Source: Mollicutes bacterium
Lineage (GTDB): Bacteria; Bacillota_I; Bacilli_A; RFN20; CAG-826
Assembly: GCA_022780025.1 (NCBI GenBank)
Contig: JALEXS010000018.1
Span: 3,837-67,836, forward strand
Direction of reading: 5' to 3'
Length of the DNA stretch: 64,000 nt
Shown here: positions 29,463 to 40,295 of the stretch, one piece after another
How positions within the stretch are numbered: position 1 is the stretch's first letter
Layout: every line of letters begins with the position of its first letter
The notes under the pieces: model-generated
What the model saw: the letters and a program-made list of their open reading frames with translations, nothing else
Database searches by the model: none
What the model was told of the DNA's origin: nothing
Translations under genes and position numbers: made by a program

Positions 29463-30755
29463 TTATTTTAAAATTAACCTTCTATCATCACTTATTTCAA
29501 CAGTTCTTCTATTTTTATCACTTAAATCGGCAGCCATTCCAACTAAATGTCCATCAATTGAAGTATCAATATTAGTTTGAGAAATTGATAATTTTCTTGT
29601 TCTTAAATAGTCAACGAAATCTTCAACTAAACGGATATCTCCACCACCATGTCCTTTTCCAACATCACCTAAATAAATATTTTTAGTTTCTCTAGAAAAC
29701 TTTTCTTTTATGTACTTTCTGGTAGTTATTTTATTAGATTCGAAGGTTCCAAATATTTCACCATTAGTTAAAATTATATGTATTGTACGACATGGGTAAG
29801 AAGTTCCACCAATCATTGCAAGTGAACAAGTTACACCATTATTAAAGTCAACCATAGTCATTTGATGATCAACTAAATCTTGAGGGCCATCAAATGCACA
29901 TCTTCCTAATGTAGGAGATTCCATAAAGACTTTTTTCTTATCTTCAACTGTTACTTCATCCCATCTTTTTCCAGGAACTGCATTATTAAATACAATTGGA
30001 TCTTGAGCTTTATTTAATAAATAGAAATAGCAAGAATATCTACAAGTTTCTTTATGTGGACAAGTTAAACATCTATCTGTAGCATCACTTGGTTTATTTT
30101 TTGGAACAAATACGCTTCTTCTTCCAAAACTAGAAACATAATCTGGTTTATCACCATCATTAAGCCAACACATTAAGTCAGTATCATGACAGCATTTAGC
30201 CATAATCATAGCACTACCACATTCTTTTTCGCTTCTCCATTTACCTCTAACGTAACTTGACATCATGTGTGGAATATAAACGTGTTCAGCCATTTCTATA
30301 CTTACTAAATCACCTAATTCTTTAGAATCAATTATCTTTTTAATACGTGAATAGAATGGAGTATATCTTAAAACGTGACAAATCATTAATACTTTATTGT
30401 ATTTTTTAGATTCATTCATTAACATTACTAATTCTTCAGGATTATTACAAATTGGTTTTTCAAGTAATACATCATAACCCAATTTAAATAAAGGCATTGT
30501 TGTTTCAATATGATATTGATCCATTGTACAATTAATGACTGCATCAGCTTTTTTAGGAGCTTTTAGCCATTCTTCAAAACTAGAAAAGCAATCTTCATCA
30601 TTTAATTTATATAAATTTTTTGCATAATTTAAAGCTGTTTCATTATTATCAACAATTTGAACAACTTTCATTTTATTAGGTTTAATAAGAGCTAATTCAC
30701 CATAAGTATTACCTCTATTACCTAAACCAAATATTGCAACATTAATACATTTCAT
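29463..30755 (-). CDS. Gfo/Idh/MocA family oxidoreductase with a Cys-rich insert
   Basis: N-terminal Rossmann motif VAIFGLGNRG and EKP motif LLEKP. It has an unusual CLTCPHKETCRYSC cluster. Confidence 0.8.
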   Translation of the reverse strand: MKCINVAIFGLGNRGNTYGELALIKPNKMKVVQIVDNNETALNYAKNLYKLNDEDCFSSFEEWLKAPKKADAVINCTMDQYHIETTMPLFKLGYDVLLEKPICNNPEELVMLMNESKKYNKVLMICHVLRYTPFYSRIKKIIDSKELGDLVSIEMAEHVYIPHMMSSYVRGKWRSEKECGSAMIMAKCCHDTDLMCWLNDGDKPDYVSSFGRRSVFVPKNKPSDATDRCLTCPHKETCRYSCYFYLLNKAQDPIVFNNAVPGKRWDEVTVEDKKKVFMESPTLGRCAFDGPQDLVDHQMTMVDFNNGVTCSLAMIGGTSYPCRTIHIILTNGEIFGTFESNKITTRKYIKEKFSRETKNIYLGDVGKGHGGGDIRLVEDFVDYLRTRKLSISQTNIDTSIDGHLVGMAADLSDKNRRTVEISDDRRLILK

Positions 30756-30757
30756 AT

Positions 30758-32980
30758 TTATAAATCCTCCAAATTAATATTTACTTTATAATCAAATGGT
30801 ATTATTTTTGCTTTACCATCTTTTATAATCTTTATTGTTTTATAATTAGATGCATATTTTTGATGAACAGTAATTAAACTAAATTTATTTTTATTAAATT
30901 TAATTTTATAAAGATTATATTCATCTTTTTGATAATTTAATGTTTCACCATCATCTTCATAATTAATATATTCACCATTATCGCCATATAAATGTATTAC
31001 TAATTCAGTAATATCTAATTTATTTATATGAAGTAAGTTTTCATAATTAACAATAATTGAATCTTTTTTAATAAAATATATAGATTCATCTAAATTAGCA
31101 CTACAAATGATATATTGATTTCCTTTAAATTCTTCATTTGTAAAATAGTTAATCCAATATCCTTCAGGTAAATATACAGCTCTAGTAGTCATAGATTTAT
31201 CTATTATTGGAGCTACTAATAAATTATCTCCAACCATATATTGATCGTTTATTTTTAAACATTCTTTATCGAATGGATAATTATAAAATAATGGTCTTGA
31301 TATTAATTCTCCAAATTTATTCATTCTATAAGCTAAATCATATAAATAAGGAATAAATTTATAACGAATATCTAAGAATTTTTTATAAGTTTTAATAGTA
31401 TATTCATCAAAAGCATAAGGTTCTTGATGTTTACTATTTAAAGTTGAGTGATTTCTTAAAAATGGTAAAAATAAATTTGCTTCTAACCATCTTAATAATA
31501 ATTCTTTATTAGAATCTCCTCCAAAACCTCCGATATCATCACCATTATATATAAAATTAGATAATGATAAGCTTAAAGATTGAGTAATAGAATATCTTAG
31601 ATGATGCCATAAAGAGAAATTATCTCCATTCCAACAAAAAGCATACTTACTTGTTGTAGCAAAACCAGCTCTAGAGAAATTAAATGGCCTTAAATTATCT
31701 TTTTTAAATACATTAGTAAAGCACTTTACCATATGTTCAGCATAAATATTATGAATTTCAGCATGAGTTATCTTCCTATTACCATTTTTAAATATAACAT
31801 TATTTGGTAATTCACCTTTAAATGAAGCTGGTTCATTCATATCATTCCAAATTCCACTTATACCAGTTTCTTTTATAAATTCATTAGCTTTATTTTCAAA
31901 ATATTCCCTACATTTTGGATCAATATAACTTGGGAATACACTATCTCCAGGCCAAACTACATTAACATAAGGTTTATTTTTAAGCGTTCCAACTAATTTA
32001 TTATCGACTATATATCTATATATATCGAAATTTTCATCGACTTTAATTGCTGCATCATTAATAGCGATTATTCCAACATTATCTTTTTTTAATAAATCTG
32101 TTAAATTTTTAATATCTGGGAATCTATTCTTATCAACTGTAAAATCTCGATAACCATCCATATAATGAATATCTAAATGAATATAATCTAATGGTAAATT
32201 ATATTCTTTAAATTTATTATAAACATCCATTACCATTTCTTCGTTTTCATATGACCATCTAGATTGATGATATCCTAATGTTTTTAAACTAATAAAATAT
32301 GGATGTCCTACTAAATCACTATATCTTCTTGTAACTTCTTTTGGATCATTTCCTAAAAATAAGAATAAATCATTACTACTATCAAAATTATTAATAATAA
32401 CTTTATCTAAATTTGTTTTACAAACATCAAAAGTATATCTAAAAGTACTTGGGAAAAATATAGAAAAATAATGTTTATTAGTTTCAAATAAAATATAACT
32501 GATTGACTTATATAAAGCAGGATATGCTTCATCTTGATGAGTTGGATCATCAGTTGAATGAGATTCATAATAATAACCTTTTTTATCTAAAAATCCCATC
32601 TTATCTCCAAGTCCAAAAACATAAGAATCTTCATTAATATTTAATGTTGTAGAATAATAATTACGCTTTTCTACATCACAAAATTTAGTTGAAAAGTCGA
32701 TATTTAAAATAATATCCTTGCTATTCTCAACTTTTATTTCTAATTTATCATTAATAATAAATCTATAATTTAAATATTCAATAGTGATCTCATTACTATT
32801 TTCAGATACATTAAACTTTAAAAATTTCTTAGGAAAACTTAATTCATATAACTTAGTTGAGTTTTTCTCTTTAAAAATTCTAATAGTTCCATTACTAAAA
32901 AATTCTAAATTAATAACATCTATTTCATTACTTACATTGACAATATTTTTGTTTTGCACATATTTAATCATATTAATCAT
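30758..32980 (-). CDS. GH31 alpha-glucosidase/alpha-xylosidase family enzyme
   Basis: GIWNDMNEP (nucleophile region), WNGDNFSLW and GDDIGGF. 740 aa, no signal peptide. Confidence 0.85.
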   Translation of the reverse strand: MINMIKYVQNKNIVNVSNEIDVINLEFFSNGTIRIFKEKNSTKLYELSFPKKFLKFNVSENSNEITIEYLNYRFIINDKLEIKVENSKDIILNIDFSTKFCDVEKRNYYSTTLNINEDSYVFGLGDKMGFLDKKGYYYESHSTDDPTHQDEAYPALYKSISYILFETNKHYFSIFFPSTFRYTFDVCKTNLDKVIINNFDSSNDLFLFLGNDPKEVTRRYSDLVGHPYFISLKTLGYHQSRWSYENEEMVMDVYNKFKEYNLPLDYIHLDIHYMDGYRDFTVDKNRFPDIKNLTDLLKKDNVGIIAINDAAIKVDENFDIYRYIVDNKLVGTLKNKPYVNVVWPGDSVFPSYIDPKCREYFENKANEFIKETGISGIWNDMNEPASFKGELPNNVIFKNGNRKITHAEIHNIYAEHMVKCFTNVFKKDNLRPFNFSRAGFATTSKYAFCWNGDNFSLWHHLRYSITQSLSLSLSNFIYNGDDIGGFGGDSNKELLLRWLEANLFLPFLRNHSTLNSKHQEPYAFDEYTIKTYKKFLDIRYKFIPYLYDLAYRMNKFGELISRPLFYNYPFDKECLKINDQYMVGDNLLVAPIIDKSMTTRAVYLPEGYWINYFTNEEFKGNQYIICSANLDESIYFIKKDSIIVNYENLLHINKLDITELVIHLYGDNGEYINYEDDGETLNYQKDEYNLYKIKFNKNKFSLITVHQKYASNYKTIKIIKDGKAKIIPFDYKVNINLEDL

Positions 32981-34808
32981 TTACATTTACTGAACACATA
33001 TGGCGATAACGTGAATCAACTATAGAAATAGGTTTGAAATAGTTATCAACTTGACCATAAAAATCTAGTAAATCCTCCTCCAATTCTTCAATATTTGTTA
33101 TTTTGTTATCTAAATAATCATTAATTTTTCTTTTAACAGTCTTTATTCTTTGTTTTATTCCTCCAATTCTTAAATCTTGGACATCAAATCCATTACTTTT
33201 ACTTTCTTTATTCCATTGTTCATAAAATGAATCATAAAATATATCGATTTTATTATCTAATTCATTTAATAAATTAATCATATGCTTAAGTTCATCTTCG
33301 TTTTTATCTTTATAAGCTTTTCTAAGTTTTATACCTAGATCAACTTTTATAGATAATAAATCAGCTAGTTTACTTAAAGTATCAAATATATATCCAAATT
33401 TATTATTTTCTTTAAAATTTGCTAACTCTATTGATACGTTTTTATATATCGTAGATTGATTATCATTGACACAAGTATCATATACTCCAAGTAACAAATC
33501 ATTATATAAATATATTCTACTTAAAGAATTTAAATCATCTTTATTAAATTCTTCTCTAGTTTTATTTACATAATCTAACTTAATAAAATCATCAAATTTT
33601 AAAGTCGATAACTCATAAAATAAGTGGTTTCTGCAGTCTTTTATTTCTAAAAAGTTGAAATTTGATGCATATGATAAACTTGGTAATATAGAGAATATAG
33701 AAGCTTCTCCACCATTATCACCCCAACAAGTTATCATAAATTCTTTAACTTTATTTTTATAAGATGCTTCAATAAAGTTTTTTAAATTGACAATACTATA
33801 TGTATTATTTGGAGCATGTCCTAACCGTTTCCAGGCTCCTCCAGCTACACTAATATTTTTAGTAATTTCTAAATGTTGTTTTATCTTTTTATCAAAATAA
33901 TTAACATCATTAGCGTTATAATCCCAATAAATTAAAGTTAAATCTTTATCAATGTCTTTTAAGTAATTATGTTTTTTAGTATCTTCTCCACTATAATAAG
34001 TGCTATCAAAAAACATATCGCTCCACATTTCACATTTAAATCCATATTTTTTAGCAATCTCTAAAACTTTATTTAAATGATGAGCAAATATTTTAAAACG
34101 ATCTTCATAACCATATTTATCTAAATATTTTCCTCTTCCTAAATGATGAGCTTCATCCATTCCAATATTAATTACATCAGTTTTAAATATATCTTTTAAA
34201 GTTTTAATCATATTATTGATTAATCTAATCGTAATATCACTATCAACAAGTAAAATATCATCAATATCAAAATTCCAACGATACATACAAAAGAATTGTA
34301 AGCAATTTAAATGGGCTAATGTTTGAATACAAGGAATAACTTCAATATCAAATATTGAAGCATAATTAACTACTTCTATTAACTCTTCTTTCTTATATTT
34401 TCCTCTAAGATAACCAAAATATGGTTCATCAATAACATCAAATACATCTTCTAAATAAATTTTAAATTTAGAATATCCCATTATAGCTAAATATCTAATA
34501 AGTTTCTTAATAGTATCTACTTTCAAAACATTGTTTCTAGCCATATCAACCATAATAGATAATTTTTCAATCTTTTTAGTTAATTTAATATAAAAATCTT
34601 TAGAAAAATCATAATTAAATGTTTCATAAATTAATCTAAATATCATTGAACTATCATTTGTTTTTATAATTAATTCATTTTTAAATTTATTATAAAAGCA
34701 TTCATTACTACTAGTATTAATTACTTTTATAATTGTATTAACCTTAAAAAAAGAATTTTCACCAAATTCATTTTTTAATTCATTTATACTCTTATTTAAA
34801 TTAATCAT
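32973..34808 (-). CDS. GH20-like beta-N-acetylhexosaminidase
   Basis: MVDMARN..., PCIQTLAHL and IGMDEAHHLG motifs fit the cytoplasmic GH20 subgroup. 611 aa. Confidence 0.65.
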   Translation of the reverse strand: MINLNKSINELKNEFGENSFFKVNTIIKVINTSSNECFYNKFKNELIIKTNDSSMIFRLIYETFNYDFSKDFYIKLTKKIEKLSIMVDMARNNVLKVDTIKKLIRYLAIMGYSKFKIYLEDVFDVIDEPYFGYLRGKYKKEELIEVVNYASIFDIEVIPCIQTLAHLNCLQFFCMYRWNFDIDDILLVDSDITIRLINNMIKTLKDIFKTDVINIGMDEAHHLGRGKYLDKYGYEDRFKIFAHHLNKVLEIAKKYGFKCEMWSDMFFDSTYYSGEDTKKHNYLKDIDKDLTLIYWDYNANDVNYFDKKIKQHLEITKNISVAGGAWKRLGHAPNNTYSIVNLKNFIEASYKNKVKEFMITCWGDNGGEASIFSILPSLSYASNFNFLEIKDCRNHLFYELSTLKFDDFIKLDYVNKTREEFNKDDLNSLSRIYLYNDLLLGVYDTCVNDNQSTIYKNVSIELANFKENNKFGYIFDTLSKLADLLSIKVDLGIKLRKAYKDKNEDELKHMINLLNELDNKIDIFYDSFYEQWNKESKSNGFDVQDLRIGGIKQRIKTVKRKINDYLDNKITNIEELEEDLLDFYGQVDNYFKPISIVDSRYRHMCSVNVND

Positions 34809-35668
34809 AATACCTCTCTATTAATTAATAAATTAGCACCAATAATGCCAGCATTATTACCATTAACTGCATATATTATAATATCTTTATATGAATTTAA
34901 ATATAGCTCAAAAACATCTTTAGAATTAATTAATCCACCACCAATAATAATATGATCAACTTTAATATCATTAATAATATAATCTAAATATTTCTTTAAA
35001 TAATAAAAATATTCATCTAATACCTTTTTAGCTAATAAATCTTTATTTCTAAATAAATTAAATAATTCAATTATACTAATCTCTTTTTTATAAACTTTAG
35101 AAATAATTACTTTTAATCCAGTAGCACTTATTTCTTTTTCAGCACAACCTTTATTCCCACAATCACATAAATTACCATTATCTTTAATAATATGATGAGC
35201 AAATTTACCTAAATCAAAATCATTACCTAAATATATTTTCTTATCTTTATATAAACAAGCTCCAACCCCAGTTCCTAAAGTAATCATAAATATTGAATTA
35301 TTTAAATAAGTAGGATAAATTTCTCCAATTAAAGCACAAACTGCATCATTTTCAGTAAATACTAACTTATGATACTTATTAATAAAATATTCTTTAATAT
35401 TAAAATTAGTCCAACCTTTTAAATTATTACTAGCATATACGCATATTCCGTTTTTATAATCTATATTCCCCGCACTAGATATACCAATATAATCAAAAGT
35501 AGGATATTTCTTAATAATTTCTTTCATAATAAAATCAATAGATTTTAATATTTCCTCTCTTCCTAATTTACCATTACTAGGAATAGAAAAAGTATCTAAT
35601 AAATTATTATTAGAAAAATATCCACCTTTAATTGATGTACCACCGATATCTAGGCAAATAGAATTCAT
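34805..35668 (-). CDS. ROK family sugar kinase (ManNAc/GlcNAc/glucose kinase-like)
   Basis: LDIGGTSIKGG ATP motif. CDCGNKGCAE zinc motif. Confidence 0.8.
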   Translation of the reverse strand: MNSICLDIGGTSIKGGYFSNNNLLDTFSIPSNGKLGREEILKSIDFIMKEIIKKYPTFDYIGISSAGNIDYKNGICVYASNNLKGWTNFNIKEYFINKYHKLVFTENDAVCALIGEIYPTYLNNSIFMITLGTGVGACLYKDKKIYLGNDFDLGKFAHHIIKDNGNLCDCGNKGCAEKEISATGLKVIISKVYKKEISIIELFNLFRNKDLLAKKVLDEYFYYLKKYLDYIINDIKVDHIIIGGGLINSKDVFELYLNSYKDIIIYAVNGNNAGIIGANLLINREVL

Positions 35669-35673
35669 TTTAT

Positions 35674-37176
35674 TTATATCCTTTCGGTATCAAATTCAAT
35701 CTCAAAAGTTCTATTCCATATAAAAGAAACATCAAATTTCTTAAAATATTTATCTACATTAATACCAAATTTATTAGCTTCTTTTATAATTAAATCTTTA
35801 CTAATTTTCTCAAATTCTTTAGTACCAGTTTTTAAATTAAATCTAGTAATTCCATTATTTAAATCTACTATCTTATTATTAATAATATCTCTAACAATAC
35901 CCATATAAATATAATCATCTAAATATCGATAAATAAGACTATAATTCTTATTTATTTCATCTTTAGAATAATAATAAGTAATCATATTAGCAATTGTAGT
36001 ACCTAATGTATTACTTGAAGTATTCCATCCAGCATAAGAATGAATTTTTAATAATAAATCATCATCTTTTAATAAATTCATTAATTCTTTATCAGCTTCA
36101 TTACAATAACAAACATCAGCAATACCAACTATTTTATTATTATTTAAAGCATATTTAATAAAATCTATAAAAGCTAATAAATTTCTATTTTTACCAAATA
36201 TTAATTCTTTTCTAGTATCCCATTTAGGAACAAATTCACTACCAGAATTAATATTTAATACACAATCAGCTTCCATTAAGGAATAAACTTCAAGACAATT
36301 AGTACTAAATAAATGATATTTAATAGTCTCAGAAATTGGTCGATCTTCAAACATTGGAATAGCATTTTTTCCTAATTCTGAACAGTAATTAACAAAGACT
36401 TTAGGTCTATAATTATTATAAATATTAATAGCTCTAGTAATTAAAGTTAAGCCTATTTCATCAGCTCCAGGATACATAATTACATTATTAAATAAGTTAT
36501 CATTTTTAATTTTTGATTTAACTAATCTTTGATCTTTTGAAGGGAATCCAAATTCACTACAATCATCTTGAGGTATTACAAAAAAGTCAATAATACCTTT
36601 ATTAACATAATCTAAATTATGTAATAATATTTTAATATTTGTATCTCTACGAGTTAAAAAATCATCTAAATATTCTTTTTTAATAATATTTAATAATTCT
36701 AATTTTCTAGGAGAATCTACATCTATTATACCTTGTTCTTCTTTATCAATAATTCCACCTAATTCAAATATTTCTTTACCACATTCATCAAAATAGAATG
36801 GTTCTTCATCACTTAAAGAATATGAAGGACAACGCATTATAAGTTCATTACAATAAATTTTAATGTTTTTATTAACATTTTTAATATCTTCTAATACTTT
36901 AATTTTTTCACATAATTCTTCATAACTTTTTTGATGTAATCTACTAGGTATAATTCCTCCAAAAAGGAGTGTATCTAAAGAAATCACTGCAAAATCCGCA
37001 TCAAAACATTCTTTTTTAAGCCATTCAGAAATTTTATCAATATTACAAACATCTTTTTTTAAACTTAAAATATCTTTTGATGGTGTAACAATATTGACAT
37101 TTTTTTGTAGAGGTAACTCTTTAGGATATAGGTAATTGCATGGCCTTTCATCTAAAGGCAATAATACGATCTTCAT
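35674..37176 (-). CDS. DUF4127 family protein
   Basis: The N-terminal MKIVLLPLDERPCNY is, as I recall, the hallmark of DUF4127. Start set to the ATG at 37176, which has AAAGGAGAA 5 nt upstream. Confidence 0.6.
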   Translation of the reverse strand: MKIVLLPLDERPCNYLYPKELPLQKNVNIVTPSKDILSLKKDVCNIDKISEWLKKECFDADFAVISLDTLLFGGIIPSRLHQKSYEELCEKIKVLEDIKNVNKNIKIYCNELIMRCPSYSLSDEEPFYFDECGKEIFELGGIIDKEEQGIIDVDSPRKLELLNIIKKEYLDDFLTRRDTNIKILLHNLDYVNKGIIDFFVIPQDDCSEFGFPSKDQRLVKSKIKNDNLFNNVIMYPGADEIGLTLITRAINIYNNYRPKVFVNYCSELGKNAIPMFEDRPISETIKYHLFSTNCLEVYSLMEADCVLNINSGSEFVPKWDTRKELIFGKNRNLLAFIDFIKYALNNNKIVGIADVCYCNEADKELMNLLKDDDLLLKIHSYAGWNTSSNTLGTTIANMITYYYSKDEINKNYSLIYRYLDDYIYMGIVRDIINNKIVDLNNGITRFNLKTGTKEFEKISKDLIIKEANKFGINVDKYFKKFDVSFIWNRTFEIEFDTERI

Positions 37177-37197
37177 ATATTCTCCTTTTTTATTCAT

Positions 37198-38325
37198 CTA
37201 ATAGTTTTTATTAGTAATTTGTTTAATTGCTTTTATATAATTATTAGTTAATAGATACATTCCTAAATCATTTGGGTGAACCCCATCAACACTACATTCA
37301 GCAAAATTATTTTTATAAATATCAAATAGATTGTAATTATTTATAAAAATAATATTTTTTCCTTTATCTTGATATTCTTTAACTTTGTTAATTAAAAAAT
37401 CATCATAGAATTCTTTTAATAATTTATTTTTCTCAAATTGATAATCAATTGCCATTTGAGTTTTATTCATAATAATAATAGGTAGATTAGGATATTTCTT
37501 ATAAAATACATTTAAGAAATTATCAAAATTATCATACATCCATTTATCACACCCAGCATTAGCTTCAGCATCAATTATTAATAAATCAATATCATCAATT
37601 TTATTAATAATTTCTGCAACTTCTTTTTCCATTAATCCAGCTCCACTAAAGCCATAATTAATAACATCTTTAGAAAATACTCTACTTAATACATTAGTAA
37701 TATTTAATCCAGGTCTAGATACACATCCACCTTGTAAAATAGATGTCCCATAACATACTATCTTACCTTCATTTTCATAAAATGAAGGTTTAACAGTAGC
37801 ATCTTTTTCTAATCCAATCTCTAAATAAATAACTCCACAATATAAAGGGAAATGAATTAATATATCACGTTCTTTCTTTTCATTATATAAACCAATATCA
37901 GCAATATATTTTTTATTATCTATATAATTAGGAAATGATGTATTTTGATAAATAAATTCTTCATCATTATCTTCTTTAGAATATAAATCAAACCCACATT
38001 GAGCCATAAAATTCATATTGCGCATATCATGAATTCCATTTTCTAATACTCTAATTCTTATAATTCTAGAATTAGTCTTAAATCTTAATTTAATTCCAGC
38101 ACTATGAGTAGCTAAAAAACTAACATCAGCACTTACTTTAGCAATATTATTAATATCTTCATTAGAAAATCTATAATAAGTATTCTTTTCTTTAATACCT
38201 GTTCCATATAAAGTAAATAAATCTTTATTTAATGCATAATAAAACATTAAATCATCATTATTATAAATAGGTGCACTTTCTTTAGCTTTTAAAAATATTT
38301 CATTTCTTTCTTTATCAGAATACAT
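37198..38325 (-). CDS. SGNH/GDSL hydrolase with an N-terminal beta-sandwich (Lipase_GDSL_3-like; putative sugar O-acetylesterase)
   Basis: CYGTSILQGG catalytic Ser block and DGVHPND block V. Start set to the ATG at 38325, which has GTGAGG upstream. The track start is a GTG inside the upstream gene. Confidence 0.65.
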   Translation of the reverse strand: MYSDKERNEIFLKAKESAPIYNNDDLMFYYALNKDLFTLYGTGIKEKNTYYRFSNEDINNIAKVSADVSFLATHSAGIKLRFKTNSRIIRIRVLENGIHDMRNMNFMAQCGFDLYSKEDNDEEFIYQNTSFPNYIDNKKYIADIGLYNEKKERDILIHFPLYCGVIYLEIGLEKDATVKPSFYENEGKIVCYGTSILQGGCVSRPGLNITNVLSRVFSKDVINYGFSGAGLMEKEVAEIINKIDDIDLLIIDAEANAGCDKWMYDNFDNFLNVFYKKYPNLPIIIMNKTQMAIDYQFEKNKLLKEFYDDFLINKVKEYQDKGKNIIFINNYNLFDIYKNNFAECSVDGVHPNDLGMYLLTNNYIKAIKQITNKNY

Positions 38326-38335
38326 ATTTATAACC

Positions 38336-39241
38336 TCACTTCTCACTACCTAAAGTAATACCAGATTTAATATATCTAATAACAAATGGATAAATAATTA
38401 AGATAGGAATAACACTAATAATAATTGATGCTGATTGAACATTAGTTAAATTTGTATTTAAGAAACTAGTAGGATCAGTTGATGGACTATATTGTAATAA
38501 ATTATAAATATATAAAGATAATGGCCAGAATGCTTCTTTATCACTAGTAGTACCAATAAACATTAAAGCACCACTATAAGAATTCCATGTACCAACTATT
38601 GTAAAGAATGCACAACTAGCAAATACAGGTAAAGACATTGGTAAAACTATCTTAATAAACATTTGAAAGTTACTTACCCCATCAACTTCAGCTGCTTCAA
38701 TCGTTTCTTTAGGTAATCCTTCAAAGAAGGATTTATAAAGTAACATATTAAAAACATTATTAATAGATATTATAATTACACCCCAAATAGTGCCATATAA
38801 TCCTAAATCTCTTAAAAGTAAAACAGCAGGAACAATACCAGCACTAAATAGCATTGTAATAATAAAGAATGTTAAGATACCTTTTTTAAACGGAAAATCT
38901 GGCTTAGATAAAGGATAAGCAGCCATTGCCATAAATAAATTAGAGAAGAAAGTAACACAAACTGTAATAATAACAGAATTTAAAGCACTTCTCCAAAAAG
39001 CCGCATCCTTCATAACATAAGAAAACATATCAAATGTAAATCCAACTGGTAAAAAAGTAACTTCACTATTTCTAGTTCCTGTAGAAAAAGCAAAAGCAAT
39101 TAAATTTAATAAAGGAATAATAACTAACAAACAGAAAAGAATTAAAAAGAATATATTTAAACCATTAAATACACGATCACCAGTAGGTTTTTTAATACTT
39201 TTTCTTAATCTTTTCTTTTTTAAACTAATAAAACCAGTCAT
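38336..39241 (-). CDS. Carbohydrate ABC transporter permease
   Basis: EAA loop EAAEVDGVSNFQMFIKIVLP. 6 TM. Confidence 0.85.
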   Translation of the reverse strand: MTGFISLKKKRLRKSIKKPTGDRVFNGLNIFFLILFCLLVIIPLLNLIAFAFSTGTRNSEVTFLPVGFTFDMFSYVMKDAAFWRSALNSVIITVCVTFFSNLFMAMAAYPLSKPDFPFKKGILTFFIITMLFSAGIVPAVLLLRDLGLYGTIWGVIIISINNVFNMLLYKSFFEGLPKETIEAAEVDGVSNFQMFIKIVLPMSLPVFASCAFFTIVGTWNSYSGALMFIGTTSDKEAFWPLSLYIYNLLQYSPSTDPTSFLNTNLTNVQSASIIISVIPILIIYPFVIRYIKSGITLGSEK

Positions 39242-39242
39242 A

Positions 39243-40271
39243 TTACCATAAACCTCTATTTAATAATTTCTTACTTAATTTATTACCACATAACATAAAT
39301 ATAAGTGAGACAGTTGAATTAAATATACCTAAAGCTGTCGCAAAACTCATATCAGCTCCAGCTCCTAAAGCAACTTCATATAAATAAACATCAAGAGTTT
39401 TCATCGATTCTTTTAAGTTAGGATCACTTATATTTGCTAATAAATTAATTTCTTCAAATCCACTTGAAAGAATATAAGTTATATTCATAATAAACATCAA
39501 AGCAATTGTTGGAAAAATTGAAGGAATAGTTAAACTCTTAATTTGTTGAATCTTACTAGCTCCATCAAGTTCAGCAGCTTCATAATATGATTTATCAATA
39601 CTCATAATTGCAGTATAAAACATAATAGAATTCCATCCACTACCCTTCCAAGCATCCATTAAAATTGCAAAGAATTTAAATAAATTTAATCCTTCATTAC
39701 CACCAACATTATCACCAAACCAATAAATTGGTGTCTTTATTAAACCTAAATTCATTAAAATATTATTAATAACACCATTTTGATCTTTAAATAAGTTATT
39801 CCAAATACCAATAACAGTAGGCCAACTTAAGAAATTAGGTAAACAAAGAATAATTAATATTAATTTAGAAGCAAAAGTTGATTTAACTTCACTTAACATA
39901 ATTGCAAGTAATATTGAGAAAGGGAAAACTAATAAGATTTTTATAACATTAATAATTAAAGTATTAACAACAGCTAATCCAAATTGTCCTCCATTTTCTC
40001 CAAATATTTTACTAAATTGAATAAAAGACCAATTGTTTCTAAATAATTCTGTTAAAGGTGAATTTAAAGCTAAGTTAAAATCAGATTTAAAAGCAGCTAA
40101 GATAAAAATTAAAGGAAGATATCCAAATAAGAATGCTAAAAAACCAGCTGGTAAGATAAACCAAAATATAGATGCATATTTTTTTATCTTTACTCCTATT
40201 CTATGAAAATAGTTAACTTTCTTAACATTAAGCTTTTTAATTCCTCTTCTTTTTACGCTTAAACTAATCAT
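39243..40271 (-). CDS. Carbohydrate ABC transporter permease
   Basis: EAA loop EAAELDGASKIQQIKSLTIPS. 6 TM. Confidence 0.85.
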   Translation of the reverse strand: MISLSVKRRGIKKLNVKKVNYFHRIGVKIKKYASIFWFILPAGFLAFLFGYLPLIFILAAFKSDFNLALNSPLTELFRNNWSFIQFSKIFGENGGQFGLAVVNTLIINVIKILLVFPFSILLAIMLSEVKSTFASKLILIILCLPNFLSWPTVIGIWNNLFKDQNGVINNILMNLGLIKTPIYWFGDNVGGNEGLNLFKFFAILMDAWKGSGWNSIMFYTAIMSIDKSYYEAAELDGASKIQQIKSLTIPSIFPTIALMFIMNITYILSSGFEEINLLANISDPNLKESMKTLDVYLYEVALGAGADMSFATALGIFNSTVSLIFMLCGNKLSKKLLNRGLW

Positions 40272-40295
40272 AAACCCTGCAGAACCCCAATATTT

